Below, one piece after another: positions 51,101-63,314 of a DNA stretch of 64,000 nucleotides. Origin of the DNA: Hypanus sabinus (taxonomy: Eukaryota); NCBI RefSeq assembly GCF_030144855.1, contig NC_082722.1, positions 19,034,001 through 19,098,000 on the forward strand, given 5' to 3'. Under the pieces are notes generated by a model. The model saw only the letters and a program-made list of their open reading frames with translations. It was not told the DNA's origin and ran no database searches. The translations under genes were made by a program, and so were the position numbers. How positions within the stretch are numbered: the stretch's first letter is position 1; every line of letters begins with the position of its first letter.

Positions 51101-51960
51101 AGCTGCTTGTTATACGGTATTTCAATGATTTGGACTACGATATTAATAGATTTGTGGCTAAATTTGCCGCTGATGCAAAGATAGGTGGAGGAGCGTGTAG
51201 TGTTGAGGAAACAGAGAGCCTGCAGAGAGACTTAGATAGTTTAGGGGAATGGGCAAAGAAGGGACAAATGAAATACCATGTTGGAAAGTGCAGGTTGTGT
51301 CGGTAGTGAAGAAGGTGAACGCGAATTGTCATTCAATTATGGAGGGATAGAATATAAGAACAGGGATGTGATGTTCTATAAGGCACTCGTGAGACCAGAC
51401 GGTGTATTGTGTGCAGTTTTGGGCTCCTTATTTTAGAAAGCGTATACTGACATTGGAGATGGTGTAGAGAAGTTTCACAAGAATGATTCCAGGAATGAAA
51501 GGGTTACCGCATGAGGAACGTCTGGCAGCTCTTCGGCTGTATTCCCTGGAGTTCAGCAGAACGAGAGCGGACCTCATAGAAAACTTCTGAAGGTTAAAAG
51601 ACTTGAACAGATTGGATATGGCAATGTTATATCTCATGTTAGGGGATTCTATTACAAGACAGCACGACTTCTGGATTGAAGGACGTCCAGTTAGAACTGA
51701 GATGCGGAGAAATAACTTCAGTCAGAGGGTGGCATACCTGTGGAAATTTTTTTAGAACGATCGGCTGTGGATTCCTAGTGATCTGGTGTAAAGGCAGAGA
51801 TAAATAGGTTCTTGATTAGCCAGGGCATCAAAGGATATGGGTTAGAAGGCAGGGGAGTGGGGATGACTGGAAGAATTGCATCAGGTCATGATTATAAGAC
51901 GGAGCAGGTTCGATGAGCCGAACAGTCTACTTCTGCATCTATAACTTATGGTCTTACGGT
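48120..51960 (+). mobile_element. Near full-length degenerate CR1 (esterase-type ORF1, APE, RT, 3' UTR)
   Basis: ORF1 CLPVARV...EGEQPDVLVHVGTND. APE ARNIKNK...IAETWL. RT QHGFLKGKSCL, YFDFQKSFDKV and KFAADAK. Confidence 0.92.
48301..48478 (+). mobile_element. Truncated LTR 5' end inside the CR1 5' region
   Basis: Starts TGTCATGGTCC, similar to the LTR termini at 56561 and 58008. Confidence 0.5.
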
Positions 51961-52409
51961 CTCAGCACGAAATGGTGGAGCAGTCCCCATCGTTAAAATG
52001 GCGAGAATCTGCTCCTATACCTTATGGTGTTATAGTCTTATGGCTGATTGGCTTGATCTTCATCCTCGTTTTCTCGCTTGCCTGTGACCCCTTCTGCCCT
52101 CTTGCTGCTGGCTGCTTTCTACTTTGCATCTCACATTTCTAAGACCTTTCCACTTATAAATACCGTTTCTATTTCTACATTCAAGTAAAAGTTCCAAATG
52201 TCATATCCTATTATTAATCGACAGGATCTTTGTACTTCTATCTTTCTTATTCATTTTGCATCCACAGACGAACAAAACACAGAAACAGCCGATTGTCATT
52301 TCCTTGAATCGCAAAGTCACAAAAGCAAACCAATCCGCAAACAACTGTGAGGCGCTATTGATCTTCTCTATAGTGCGTTTCATAACGTATTTGTCGTCAG
52401 CTCACTGAA

Positions 52410-52805
52410 CCGTCGTTTCAACCCTGTGGCACTATATGCTAGCACTGTAGAATACCTTGCACACAAAATGACTAGAGCTTTCTAAAAATGATAGAGAAGC
52501 ACGTGAGTGCACGATACTACACAGAGTGTAGTCATTGGAGCCACTGGGGCGCGGCGGCGTCGGTACAGGGGCGAGGCAGGACGTCTTCCACAGCAGAGGG
52601 ACCCTCTGGAGATTCAGGCTCAGGTTCAAGACATAGTGAAGTACTCCACATAGCTGGGGGGCACAGGCTTTGAGCACCCTGTGTACTACTCTGTGTAATA
52701 TCGTGCACTCACGTGCTTCTCTATCATTTTTAGAAAGCTCTAGTCATTTTGTATGCAAGGTATTCTACAGTGCTAGCAAATAATGCCACAGGGTTGAAAC
52801 GACGG
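52410..52805. repeat. 118-bp inverted repeat (52410-52527 / 52688-52805) with a 160-bp spacer
   Basis: 4 mismatches counted by eye. The spacer is a Rex-Babar RT fragment. Confidence 0.95.
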
Positions 52806-52880
52806 CGGACACCATCCGGGCCTGCAGCCTTGCTTGTGAGGAGACGTTTCAGCTGTCTTCTCACCTGTTCAGATGTCCTT
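52534..52880 (-). mobile_element. Rex-Babar RT fragment split by the right arm of the inverted repeat
   Basis: QVRRQLKRLLTSKAAGPDGV | insertion | RVLKACAPQLCGVL...LWKTSCLAPVP...SNDY. Confidence 0.8.
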
Positions 52881-53598
52881 ATGAAGAGGCAGAAGTCGGA
52901 CCAAAAAACTAAGAAGAAATAAACTAAGTCTGCCAAGTTCATTTCAAACTGGTTCATTCCAAGTTCCCCAACTGTCACCAACACAACTGTTTTGTCATGT
53001 TTACTTGCCCCGCGAAACAATTAATAAACGTCAAATTCAGGGGATATCAAAAGACCACAACAATAGTATTGTGAGTGGTAGCGTGAGACGGAGAATGCAT
53101 GCGATCAAATAATTAGGGGAGCCAGAACGGGCCTTGAAAAGGCCTTGGCGGACAGGATTAAGGAAAACCCGAACACATTCTAAAAGTACGTGAAGAGCAA
53201 AAGCATAAGACGTGAGAGAATAGGACCAATCAAATGTGACAGTGGAAAAGTGTGTATGGAACCAGAGGAGATAGCACAGGTACTTAATGAGAACTTTCCT
53301 TCAGTATTCACGAGGGAAAACGTCCAGTGTGTCTTACTTCAATGGTTGGCAAGTTGATGGAGAAGACTCTGAGAGGCAGGATTTATGAACATTCATTCCA
53401 AACAGACGTGGGTTCCCCACCTATCTTCAACACACCTGTTTTGTCATGTTTACCTGCCCCATGAAACAATTAATACATGACAAATTCAGGCGATTTCAAA
53501 CGACACCAGTGATAGCATTGAGAGTGGTAGCGTGACGCGTAGAATGCGTGATATAAAATAAAAACTAAATATTCTACGTCAGTTTTATGCTTTTGTTG

Positions 53599-53894
53599 CT
53601 CCTGCAACTCCTCTGAAAATCATTCGTGCTGAAGAAACATCACCCAAATCCCGGAAACTCATGTGCAAAACCGCAGCATTTTATCCGCAGAAATTAGACA
53701 TCTTTTGGCGAAGAAATAATATGGAAATTATAACCAAAATAGAAAAGTCAATAAATGAGATTTCAGAAGGACTTAATGAGGCTTCCAGTACTTTGGAAGA
53801 TGCGCAGCTTGCTCAGGGGAAAGTGGTTGACACTGCCTGGTATCTCACAAAACGCTCAAAATTCCTGCTAGTTTCAGCTAGATTAGTGAACAAG
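53599..53894 (+). pseudogene. C1-set Ig pseudo-exon paralogous to gene 1 exon 3
   Basis: APATPLKII...KLMCKTAAFYPQKLDIFW...EGLNEASSTL. Acceptor AG is replaced by TG, there is a 1-nt deletion before the second Cys and an in-frame TAG. Donor CAAG|GTAAGA is retained. Confidence 0.9.
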
Positions 53895-54560
53895 GTAAGA
53901 CCGGAAGCATTTAAAGCAAACTTCAACCAAAATAAGAATATGCCTGGACAGTTGTACAAACACGAGAAAGAAAATAAGAAATCTCCTTTCATTTCCAACA
54001 GGGAAATGTTAACGTTTGTACTGTTTTTACATTATTTACAGAATCATTGTATTTATTTTCTATCTTTATTAGACTGCACTGAATATTTTTGTCAGATAAA
54101 TATAGTACAGACGTGCTATTGCATCAGTATTAGAGAATACGTTTTTTTACACTGGGTATTCTCCAGTGCGAGCAAATAATAAAACATTTGAAACGACGTT
54201 GAGCTGCGCTGAAACAAAATTCATCCCGAAAAACACTTTGGAAAATATTACCATTGCTTAGCAATTCCTTCAGAAATCGGTCTACTCTTGTGATTTTGCC
54301 CTTCGGAGAAATAACAAACGGCTATTTGTGTTTTTTTTTCTTTGAGTAGATAAAGAAATGAATAAGAACGATAAAGTACAAAGATCCTGTCAACTGTGAA
54401 CGCGATATAACTGTGCATTTTTACTTGAAAATAAATATCAAAACAATGCTTTAAAGTAGAGAAATCGGCGAGATTTGAGATGTGAAGTAACCTAGGGAAG
54501 GAAGTGAATGAATGATTCTCAAAAGGACAGCTATCCCAGCCAGCATATCCAGCAGAACAG

Positions 54561-54697
54561 GTCTGAACGGTCAACTATTGTTTCGAAGCGTGTAGGTTTC
54601 TATCATTATCAGACAGAGGATTTATTTCATTGCCGGTGTTCTCTGTACCGACTCCCCATTATCCTTAGTAACGTACCTTATCCACCAATCACGCTGA
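54561..54697 (+). pseudogene. Disabled copy of the Lys-TM candidate exon
   Basis: Same AACAG|GTCTG junction, TAG at 54593-54595, and a 57-nt deletion relative to 30661-30854. Confidence 0.5.
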
Positions 54698-56560
54698 CCT
54701 GATGAGCAACAATAATGTATCATTATAACAGGATGCTTACCCTGTTGTGTCACACATACATCGACCTGAACAGGAATTAATGCGTCAATTTACGGACTAT
54801 TGGCCAAATAAATACTTGGCATATTTCAGTTTTATTTTGCTCTATTGGGCAATTGGACTGCTATTAATCGCTGAGGAACTCCGTGTAAAACACAACATTC
54901 TTCAAGATTACACATCTAGACACGTGATTCATATATAAATCTACTTTCAAACGTGGACGTTTTTCAGTCAAATGTTATGATTAAGCTAAACCTGATTTCC
55001 TTTCGTGTGGCCATGTGCGTATCTCCTCTGTTTCAATGTGGGCTGGGACAGGTACACAGATTGTGATGCATTTCTCTTGCTTTTTTGCTGCCCTGGGATT
55101 TATGTTACTACAATGTGATAGTGCAGTTGTACTATACAGCTAAGTTTGAGCAACAAGCCGTGAATGTATAAAAAACAGAAGAGTATTGAATTTTGTTTCA
55201 TCATTCGACATTTACTGATGAAGATTCAAACAGAGATGTTATCGCGAGAAAATGTTGAGATTTTTTTCACATCTTCAAATCTATATTTCCCTCTGTTGAA
55301 CGTTGACATAAATGAGGAAGAATAACTGTTCCGTGGGCGCTTTTTTTCAACCCTGCAAACAAAGTTTCCCTGAATAATGGTGATGAATTTCTTTTTTTCA
55401 TCCTGCGAGGACGGTGGACGGAATATCTTGGGGGCTGGGCCGTAGTTCAGGCAAAGTAGGTTTCTTTCCTGGAGTAATAAGGGACTGTTCAATAGAGATT
55501 ATGACCTGGCAGTAGAGAGAGAGGCGGAATGGCTTATTCCCTATTTTATTCCTAAGCTACTTACTTTTTTTTACAGTGATAATTACTTCCAACAAATCGA
55601 AGACGAAATTGCACCCTTACTTTCCTAATGTTATATCGATTATCAATCTTTCTCTGGATGCAAGAAATAAAAAGACGCAATGCATAGGTCTGCACTCATT
55701 GATAGTCCATTGCTCTGAACTGCAGTTGGATTCTCAGCTTCACAGTTTCTTTGATGTATTTACATCAGCGTACAATGTATGTTTGTTTTGATGTGTCGAT
55801 GCTGAGGTGTTCCTGGAATCGGAAAGCTCCAGAGCAGCGTAGGTCAGTTTGTCAGCTCTATTTCTTTTTGTCTGTGAAAATATTTCATAATCAGCTGTTA
55901 ATCGAGAATACATTGAGTTGAACAAGTTTAATCAAAAATTGCAAAAATAAATTAGTGATATACTTATAAGATATCAACTTCGGTTTTCTGTCGTTCTACA
56001 CAAAGTTTATGTCAACATTGTATCGAACATTCCCTTTTTTGATTCACATGGTATTTCCACTCCAGCAACCTGTGTTGTCCCACAGAACAATGGGAGTTGC
56101 TTTCCTTACTTAAAATGAACTTCAACAAAATCGAGTTGGGAGAGTAGGTAACTCCTTGAAGCTGCAGGTATAGTACAAAATGTTTCGCTAACTCAAAATA
56201 CAAACGCATTTTTGTGTTATAGTGTCTGATAGCCACAAACTGTTTAGCCTATAGATCGTACGGGTGTTTCTTCAGTCACACCTGCCAACAGAACTCCAAA
56301 TGCATACAGACACTCTCATCATTGGATACCGCACAACTGATGGAACGAACGTTGGCACTTTGTTCATTCATGCCCTATGGTTACAGTTTTGCCACAGTTC
56401 GGTATTTCCAGGAATACCAGCAATGTTCTGTTGGATCAGTCTTTCCAGGTTGTTATCAGATATTCCTGTTCATTATGGAGCAGATAATGGATGCTCGAAA
56501 GGATGGCTAGTCCTAGTTTCATGCTTTTTAGTGTTTCCTCGTTTGCAAATTACATATGAA

Positions 56561-58207
56561 CGTCATGGTCCCGTCTGGCTGTCCCCCATCTCACTCCTAT
56601 CTCCTTGGTTATGCCTTAATTCCAGTCGTTAGATTCACAATTGCTGCTAGTTCACTTAATTACAGTACACCTGGTTTGCATCAGAGACCGCAGGAAAAGG
56701 ACTCTGGCGTAACAACCACGGGTCTCCAGTTCGCGGGTCTATTTTCGTGTGATAACTTCGTTTTCCGATCGCTTAGAACCGTTTGTCATAATTGGGGCAT
56801 TGGGAGCGAACCCAAATGCAAGACACAGACACTGAACAAACAGTAACAGGACTAGGCATGAGAAGGAAGCAAGGAAAGTGGGGAAGAAAGGACGCTAGAC
56901 ATGACACAGGCCCTGGATGATACAAGTATTCCGAGCCTGTGCTAGGACTTGACTAGGATAGCGGAATCAGGTCATGGAACTGGGAACTAGGAGCCTAAGC
57001 TTGGACTCCGAGCCAGAGACTGGACAAGGACCCAGAACCTGGTTCTTGACTCGGGTTCGGACCCCGGAACTAGGCGAGGACATGACGTGGCTACAGGACG
57101 AGGAGAGGCAACAGGACTGGACGTGAGGCTCCAAGACAGGACAAGGGAATCCCAGCACAGGACGAGGGAACCCCAGCACCGGGCTGGGCAGGGTACTCCT
57201 GGGCTGGGCGAGGCACATGGACAAGGTGAGAACACAAAGCCGTGGCTGAGACAGGACAAGGTTTTTGGACGTAGCTAGGACTGGACGAGACCCCGAAGCC
57301 TAACTTGGTCGAGGAAGAGACAGGAACGCAGAACTTTGGTCGAGGGAGATAGGAACGTGGAACAACCAGCCGGGACCCCCCTTGGAAACAGGACGTAGGG
57401 TCGGAACTCATTACACAGTACACAGAATACGACGAGACGGTTCACAACACAAGGTACCGGCAGCCGGCCGGACTTACCTAGCGAAAGCGTGGACACAGAC
57501 AGTTCCCAACACTAAAAGACAAGAATGCTGAGCCCTGGTCGAGGGAGAGGCAGGAACGTGGAACACAGAGCCGGGACCCCCCTTGGAAACAGGGCGTAGG
57601 GCCGGCACTAATACACAGAATGCAGAATACGACGAGACGGTTCCCAACACAAGGTGGCAGCAGACGGCCGGACCTAGCTACCGAAGGTGTAGTCACAGAG
57701 TCTGTTCAAAACAACGAAAGACAGGTTCTTATCTTGCTCCGGCGGTTGAACTTGACAGCAGTGAAACCAAGGCTCCAGGCGAGGCGAGGCAGGGCTCCAG
57801 AAAGAAGGGGAAGGGAAGAGATACAGACAGGGGGTTGAGACAGGAACAATCCAGCCGCACGAGGCTGAATCCTGAAGCTATTTATGAAACCAGCCCAAAT
57901 GAGAATCAGCTGCGTCAACAAACATTGGGGAAAACTGGAAAACCTGGAATAAGGAGCACGGACCACACTGTGAACCGGAACGCGGATTTCACAGACCAGA
58001 CCATGACACCGTTGGTTCTCGGTTCAGTCTAGTTCCAAGTTATTCGATGAAAACCCCGTCTCTGTGTCAATACTCTATATCAGATCTCCGTGTCAAGATT
58101 CCTCCTGGTCAGCTGTTCCAGGTTAGCGACTGTACAAGCACCTCTTAACTCTATCTCCGTGTCTGGATCCTGCACTTGGGTTCTCCCCCAGTCACTCCTT
58201 GTATAAC
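56561..58207 (+). mobile_element. Older solo LTR (outer), specific to arm B
   Basis: Begins CGTCATGGTCC (degenerate TGTCATG). Flanks align with an uninterrupted site at about 28810-28830 in arm A. Confidence 0.65.
56784..58008 (-). mobile_element. Solo LTR nested in the outer LTR, 5-bp TSD CCGTT
   Basis: TGTCAT...ATGACA termini, with CCGTT at 56779-56783 and 58009-58013. An internal duplication of about 200 bp lies at roughly 57340-57480 / 57540-57690. Confidence 0.9.
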
Positions 58208-58234
58208 TTAAATTAAATTCGTGAAAGCAAGGGA

Positions 58235-58690
58235 AGAAAGACAATCTCTAGAAATTCTGCAGATGCTGGAAATCTTCAGGAATGCGAAGAAAAATGATGA
58301 TGTGATTCATTAGGTTAAGGCAGCATGTATGAAGGTAAATAAACTGTCTACGTTTCTGGCCGAAACGCTGTATCAAGACAGCAAAAGAAGGAGCCAGAGG
58401 CTGGAATAAGAAGGTGGGAAAGGAATACAAGATGGCAGGTGACAGGAGACACAATGTGAGTAAGAAAGGTAATGGGATAGACTGACGTAGAAGCTGTGAG
58501 ATGATGAGTGGTGAAGGGAAAGGGTGCACGAAATAATCTGATAGGAGGAGAGAGTGGACCCTGGAAAGAATGGAAGAAAGAGGGGCACGTGGAGGTGATG
58601 GGCAGATAAGAATAAAAGAGGTGAGAGGGATCCAAAATTGGGAATAGAGAAAAAAGAGAAGGGGGAGTCCACCCAGGTGGAAGAAAAATG
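58235..58690 (-). mobile_element. Penelope-type 3' segment, orthologous to 28330-28780
   Basis: Reverse strand CTGTC-TTGATAC-N13-GAAACGTA-GACAG at 58344-58381. Confidence 0.65.
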
Positions 58691-58806
58691 TGATGACATT
58701 TTGGGAGTGTTCTGTCATATCTGGTACAGTGACAAATGTCTGCTCAGGTCTGTAAAATTAACAGCCTTTGGGATAATGTTTATATATATATATACATATA
58801 TATATG

Positions 58807-60020
58807 TTGGAATCGATTGTTAGGAATAAGATTACGGAGTACCTGGAGGCACATGACAAGATAGGCCAAAGCCAGCATGGTTTATCGAAAGTAAATTCCT
58901 GCCTGACTAATCTACTTCAATGTTTTTAGGAAATTACAAGCAGGGTAGACAAAGGAGATGCAGTTGATATGGTGTACTTCGATTTTCAGAACGTCTTTAA
59001 CAAGATGCCCCAAATGAAGCGGCTTAGCAAGATAAGAACCCATGGAATTACATGAAATTTAGAAGCATCGGTGGAGCATTGGCTAATCGGCAGAAAACAG
59101 AGAGTGGAATAAAGGGATCCTATACTGGCTGGATGCCGGTTGCTAGCGGAGTTTCACAGGGGTTGGTGTTGCGACAGCTGTTTTTTTATGAATTTTTTAT
59201 TAGTTGGATTACGGTATTAATATATTTGTGGCTAAATTTACCGATAATTCAAAGATAGGTGGAGGAGCGGGAAGTATTGAGGAAACAGTCATCCTGCAGA
59301 CAGACTCAGACCGATAGGGGAATGGACAAAGAAGTTGCAAATACAATGTTGGAAAGTGTATGGTGATGCACTTTGATGAAATAAATAAACGTGCAGCCTA
59401 TTATTTGGATGGGGAGAGAATTCTAAATGCAGAGATCCAAAAGGAATTGGGATTCCCTGTCCAGGATACCCGATAGGTTAACCTCCAGGTTGAGCCGGTG
59501 GTGAAGAATGTGAGTGCAAAATTGGCATTCATTTAGAGAAGTATAGAATATAAGAGCAGGGAGGTGATGTTGAGGTTCTATGAGGCACTCGTGAGACCAC
59601 ACTTGGAGTATGGTTTGGAATTTTGGGCACCTTAGTTTTGAAACGATATACTGACATTGGTGAGCATTCAGTGAAAATTCACGAGAGTGATTCCAGGAAT
59701 GAAAGGTTTACCGGATGAGGAAAGTCTGGCTGTATTCCCTGGAATTCAGGAGAATGAGAGGGGGGATCTCAGAGAAACATTTCTAATGTTAAAAAGCCTG
59801 AACAGATTAAATGCGGCAACGTTATTTCACATGGCAGGAGAGACTAGAACACGAGGGCGCGACTTTAGGATTGAAGGAAGTCCACTTAGACAAAAATGAA
59901 GAGAAGTTATTTTAGTCAGAGGATGGTAAATATGTGGAATTTGTTGCCCTGAGCGGCTGTGGAGGCCAAGTTTTTGGGTGCATTTAAGGCAGAGATAGAT
60001 ATATTATTGATTATCCAGGG
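58807..60020 (+). mobile_element. Degenerate CR1, specific to arm B
   Basis: QHGLSKVNSCLTNL, YFDFQ and RPHLEY motifs. Preceded by a (TA)n run. Confidence 0.88.

Positions 60021-60022
<2 letters not shown>

Positions 60023-60068
<46 letters not shown>
60023..60068. repeat. (CA)n microsatellite
   Basis: Direct read. Confidence 0.97.
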
Positions 60069-60069
<1 letters not shown>

Positions 60070-60071
<2 letters not shown>

Positions 60072-60290
60072 GTTGGCTGGATAGCGTAGTGGCCCTCGTA
60101 ACACCATTACGCAGCAGTGATCCAGGTTTAATTCCAGTACCCGACTAATTGGTGTGTTTCTACATTTTCGCATGACCATATGATTTTCATTGTGCGCTCG
60201 AATTTTCTCCCACATTCTAAAGACGTACGGGTTTGTCGACTAATTGGCCACAGGTGTATAATTGGGCAGCACGAACTATTGGGCCAAATG
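60070..60290 (+). mobile_element. tRNA-derived V-SINE-like element
   Basis: tRNA-like head (GATAGCGTAGTGG...GGTTTAATTCC) and core TTTTCTCCCACATTCTAAAGACGT. The partial orthologue in arm A is at about 28070-28125. Confidence 0.6.
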
Positions 60291-60339
60291 CCTCTGTTAC
60301 AGTGTAATATACCTGAAGCTAATTCATATGTTATTCATG

Positions 60340-60468
60340 TCAATCTCTTTGCTTTACCTGAGAATAGATAATGTGCTCTTCTTGTTGTTGATCTTTACGA
60401 AATCCTTTGCTCTGCCTCATATTTAGTGAAACATAGGCAGTGTTGTGCTCAACCGCAGCTTGTTCAGC
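60340..60468 (-). CDS. Gene 2 terminal exon with two ITIM-like motifs
   Basis: TTTTTCTAACAG|GCT, phase 0: AEQAAVEHNTAYVSLNMRQSKGFRKDQQQEEHIIYSQVKQRD*. Confidence 0.85.
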   Translation of the reverse strand, partial: AEQAAVEHNTAYVSLNMRQSKGFRKDQQQEEHIIYSQVKQRD

Positions 60469-62336
60469 CTGTTAGAAAAACATATTTAATACTGATAACT
60501 CATACAAAGGTCAGTGATTATAAACTTAGTTTGACTTGGAATATCTAATAATAGAAAAAGATTTAAAATGCTTGGAATATATTGATATTGTCCGTATGTA
60601 CTGATCAGAGGGGGGATATCGGAACCATCTTAGGCTGGAAGTCACTACGTTTACCTTAGATTTCCAAACAACAAATTAAAACCATCCCATCAACCGGATT
60701 GTTTTTTCAGGTCTGGTTTTCTCTTTTCTTTTCATCTTTTTGTCATATTTTGTCATAATTTGTCATATTCCTTATGCTCTTCTAAATTTTGTGCGTTTCA
60801 CTTACGGGCCCCACCAAATTATTATAATTATTGGAATGACCAGATTTCGTACCCACAGTGCACGTAGGATCTGTGACCTTTCAAAGTCCCAATTTCTAAG
60901 TTAAGGGCATTGGAACAAATGACAAGACCTGATGTTCTGTTCAAGCCCGGCTTAATTGAAGGAGCAAATACGTGAGGTGCATCTTGCCCGCTATTGAGTT
61001 GATTTGTTTTCCTGGTGAATCAATTAAATTACAATCGAAATAAATAGAGCAGTGGGACATGGCCATGACAGTAAATCTTTAAAATAGCATTTGGTTTGGC
61101 TGAAATAGTGGCATAGAATTCTAGAGCACCAATGCAACAGTAAAAAGAATATCTGGAACGTTCTAGCTTCAATTTAAGTATTACTCTCAAAAGCGGTCCT
61201 TCATTCAAGAAGTGCTACGAACGCTTATGGAAATTTCAACGGAGTTCTACTATAATGAAGCCAGTAATATATGACAACCTTGTTTTGATGTTAAGAAAAG
61301 ATGCTGCAGCAGCTATCCTTACGGAAAAGTTTAAAATATGCGCCAAAATTTGACAGATGATTAATGGAACAGAAAAAAAAAACGTTTCCAATTCTAGACA
61401 GATGGTTATACAATCGATAAAGATTTACTATATGCTAACAGGAGAATCCAGGTGGAACACTTTTAATAACATTCAATTGGGGAACTCTGAAGTATAACTA
61501 ACAAATAAAACACACAGTAGATCAGGAAACACGGGAACAAAAGAGAAACAGTTAAGGTTTATGTTGCTTTCTGGGGAGAGGTGTTCAATCTGAAAGGACA
61601 ACGTTTTCTCTTTCCCAATATGTCTTTAGAAATTTTGAATTTTGGGTTAAATCCAAAATGGGAGATGACATATACATTTATACGTTTCAGGCATTGTTTT
61701 CAAAATTGAGGAAGATAATTCAGATCAGCCTCATGGAGGATGGAGTTTCGTTAATACGTGGGTATCAGTACACGGTTTATTGGAAGCATATTCGATTCCA
61801 TTGCAGGTTATGCACTGCTGGTACATCGTTGTTGGGAATCGGGGTTAAAAACTGCATATGACTTTCCTAAACAAGATTTCATTGCATTTCGTTACATTTT
61901 TTAATCTTGTCTACTGAGTCGTCAAATGAATGTAACATATATTGCGAAATGACTCATGCGTGTACTGTCTTTTCCCCACTGACCAGGACACCGCGATTCT
62001 CGTAAACCGGCATTTGACATGTAAAATATCTCAGCCTTAAATTTGTGTTTAATTATTCGTCACACGAAGTATGATTAACAGCCTAACTTACATTAGTATA
62101 TATTAACGTTCACCTTAATGCATCCGGTTATGAACTGGTGTGGAATCCTGAAAGACTATGTGAAACAGATTCAACAGGAATATTCAAATACATCTTGGAG
62201 ATATAGTTCAAAATAAAGAGCTGTCGGAGAGTTTCATTCTTCACTACTGAGTTCCAAATGTTAGAAGACAATAAATTATTAAAAGCTCTGCTATATGTAT
62301 ACGCCACTGTGAAAGAAGACAAGCCACTTTACCTAC

Positions 62337-62380
62337 CGTCTCTTCATTCTGACATCTGTCCAAAGAACTTGTATTAATCC
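62337..62380 (-). CDS. Gene 2 cytoplasmic mini-exon (GINTSSLDRCQNEET)
   Basis: TTCTCTTAAG| 44 nt |GTAGGT, phase 1 to 0. Confidence 0.8.
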
Positions 62381-62439
62381 CTTAAGAGAAAATAAAATAC
62401 ATTATTTGCATTGTCAAAAATTGTACATACTTCCTGTAG

Positions 62440-62610
62440 AAGTAGTAGAGGCCAGTTCAGTTGTGTCATTTAAGGTCAAATTGGATAGGCATATGGACAG
62501 GAAAGGAGTGGAGGGTTATGGGCTGAGAGCGGGTCGGTGGGAATAGGTGAGATTAAGAGTTCGGGACGGACTAGGAGGGCCGAGATGGCCTGTTTCCGTG
62601 CTGTGATTGT
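62440..62610 (+). mobile_element. Short CR1 3' end in a gene 2 intron, absent from arm A
   Basis: TTTAAGGTCAAATTGGATAGGCATATGG...GGCCTGTTTCCGTGCTGT. Confidence 0.8.
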
Positions 62611-63215
62611 TATATGGTTGTATCGTTATTCGTTAGGTACCAAACAAGTTAATCGCGTGCGAGGACCTGCTGAATTTACAGATCTTTTAGAAAGCATTTT
62701 GTGGTATCAATTGACTTAATACAGTGCATCAACATCACGGCACTACGATCAAGAGTCTTCGACTTTTAATGAAATGTAAAATGATAATAGCATATAAGTG
62801 GCCGTACTGCATTTAAATACTGTAGTTAAAATGGAAATTAAAATCAATGAGACATGCACGAGTTCGTCAATATTCTTCACACAGTCACAGTAAGCCTAGA
62901 CCTACGACGTTGTTTACCTTTCAAAATTGGATCTGCCATTGTATTGAAAACGACATCTGAAGTATTCCAAAGGGATATAACGGCATTTATGAACAAAATA
63001 TAGCATGTAAATACAGAGAGTGCACTGGTGAAATCATTGCATTTTAAGATCCAGCTTGAGTTGTGCCTGATGATTATCAATGTAATCAGGTACGAATATC
63101 ACAATCTATGTGTAATCCTGTTGTAATAACATTTATTCATTTTGAAGTTAAATATCTTTAGCGCGTCTATTTTGCACGAAAGGTGGTGGTATTTCTCAGC
63201 GATCAGTGTTCTTAC

Positions 63216-63314
63216 CGTGCGATCTCTTTAACTTGACTTTCAGCAAAGCTATTATCAGAGCTAAAATTGCCGATCCGCCCACTGCACATGCCAGAATGAA
63301 TTTAGTTTCAGCGC
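63216..63314 (-). CDS. Gene 2 transmembrane exon
   Basis: CCACAAG|GC ... CACG|GTAAGA, 99 nt: GAETKFILACAVGGSAILALIIALLKVKLKRSH. Confidence 0.85.

Noticed and set aside
57330-57690. Repeat-spacer-like pattern in a GC-rich tract
   Set aside because: An internal tandem duplication of an LTR in eukaryotic DNA, not a CRISPR array.
60070-60140. tRNA-like sequence
   Set aside because: Degenerate SINE head, with no complete cloverleaf.
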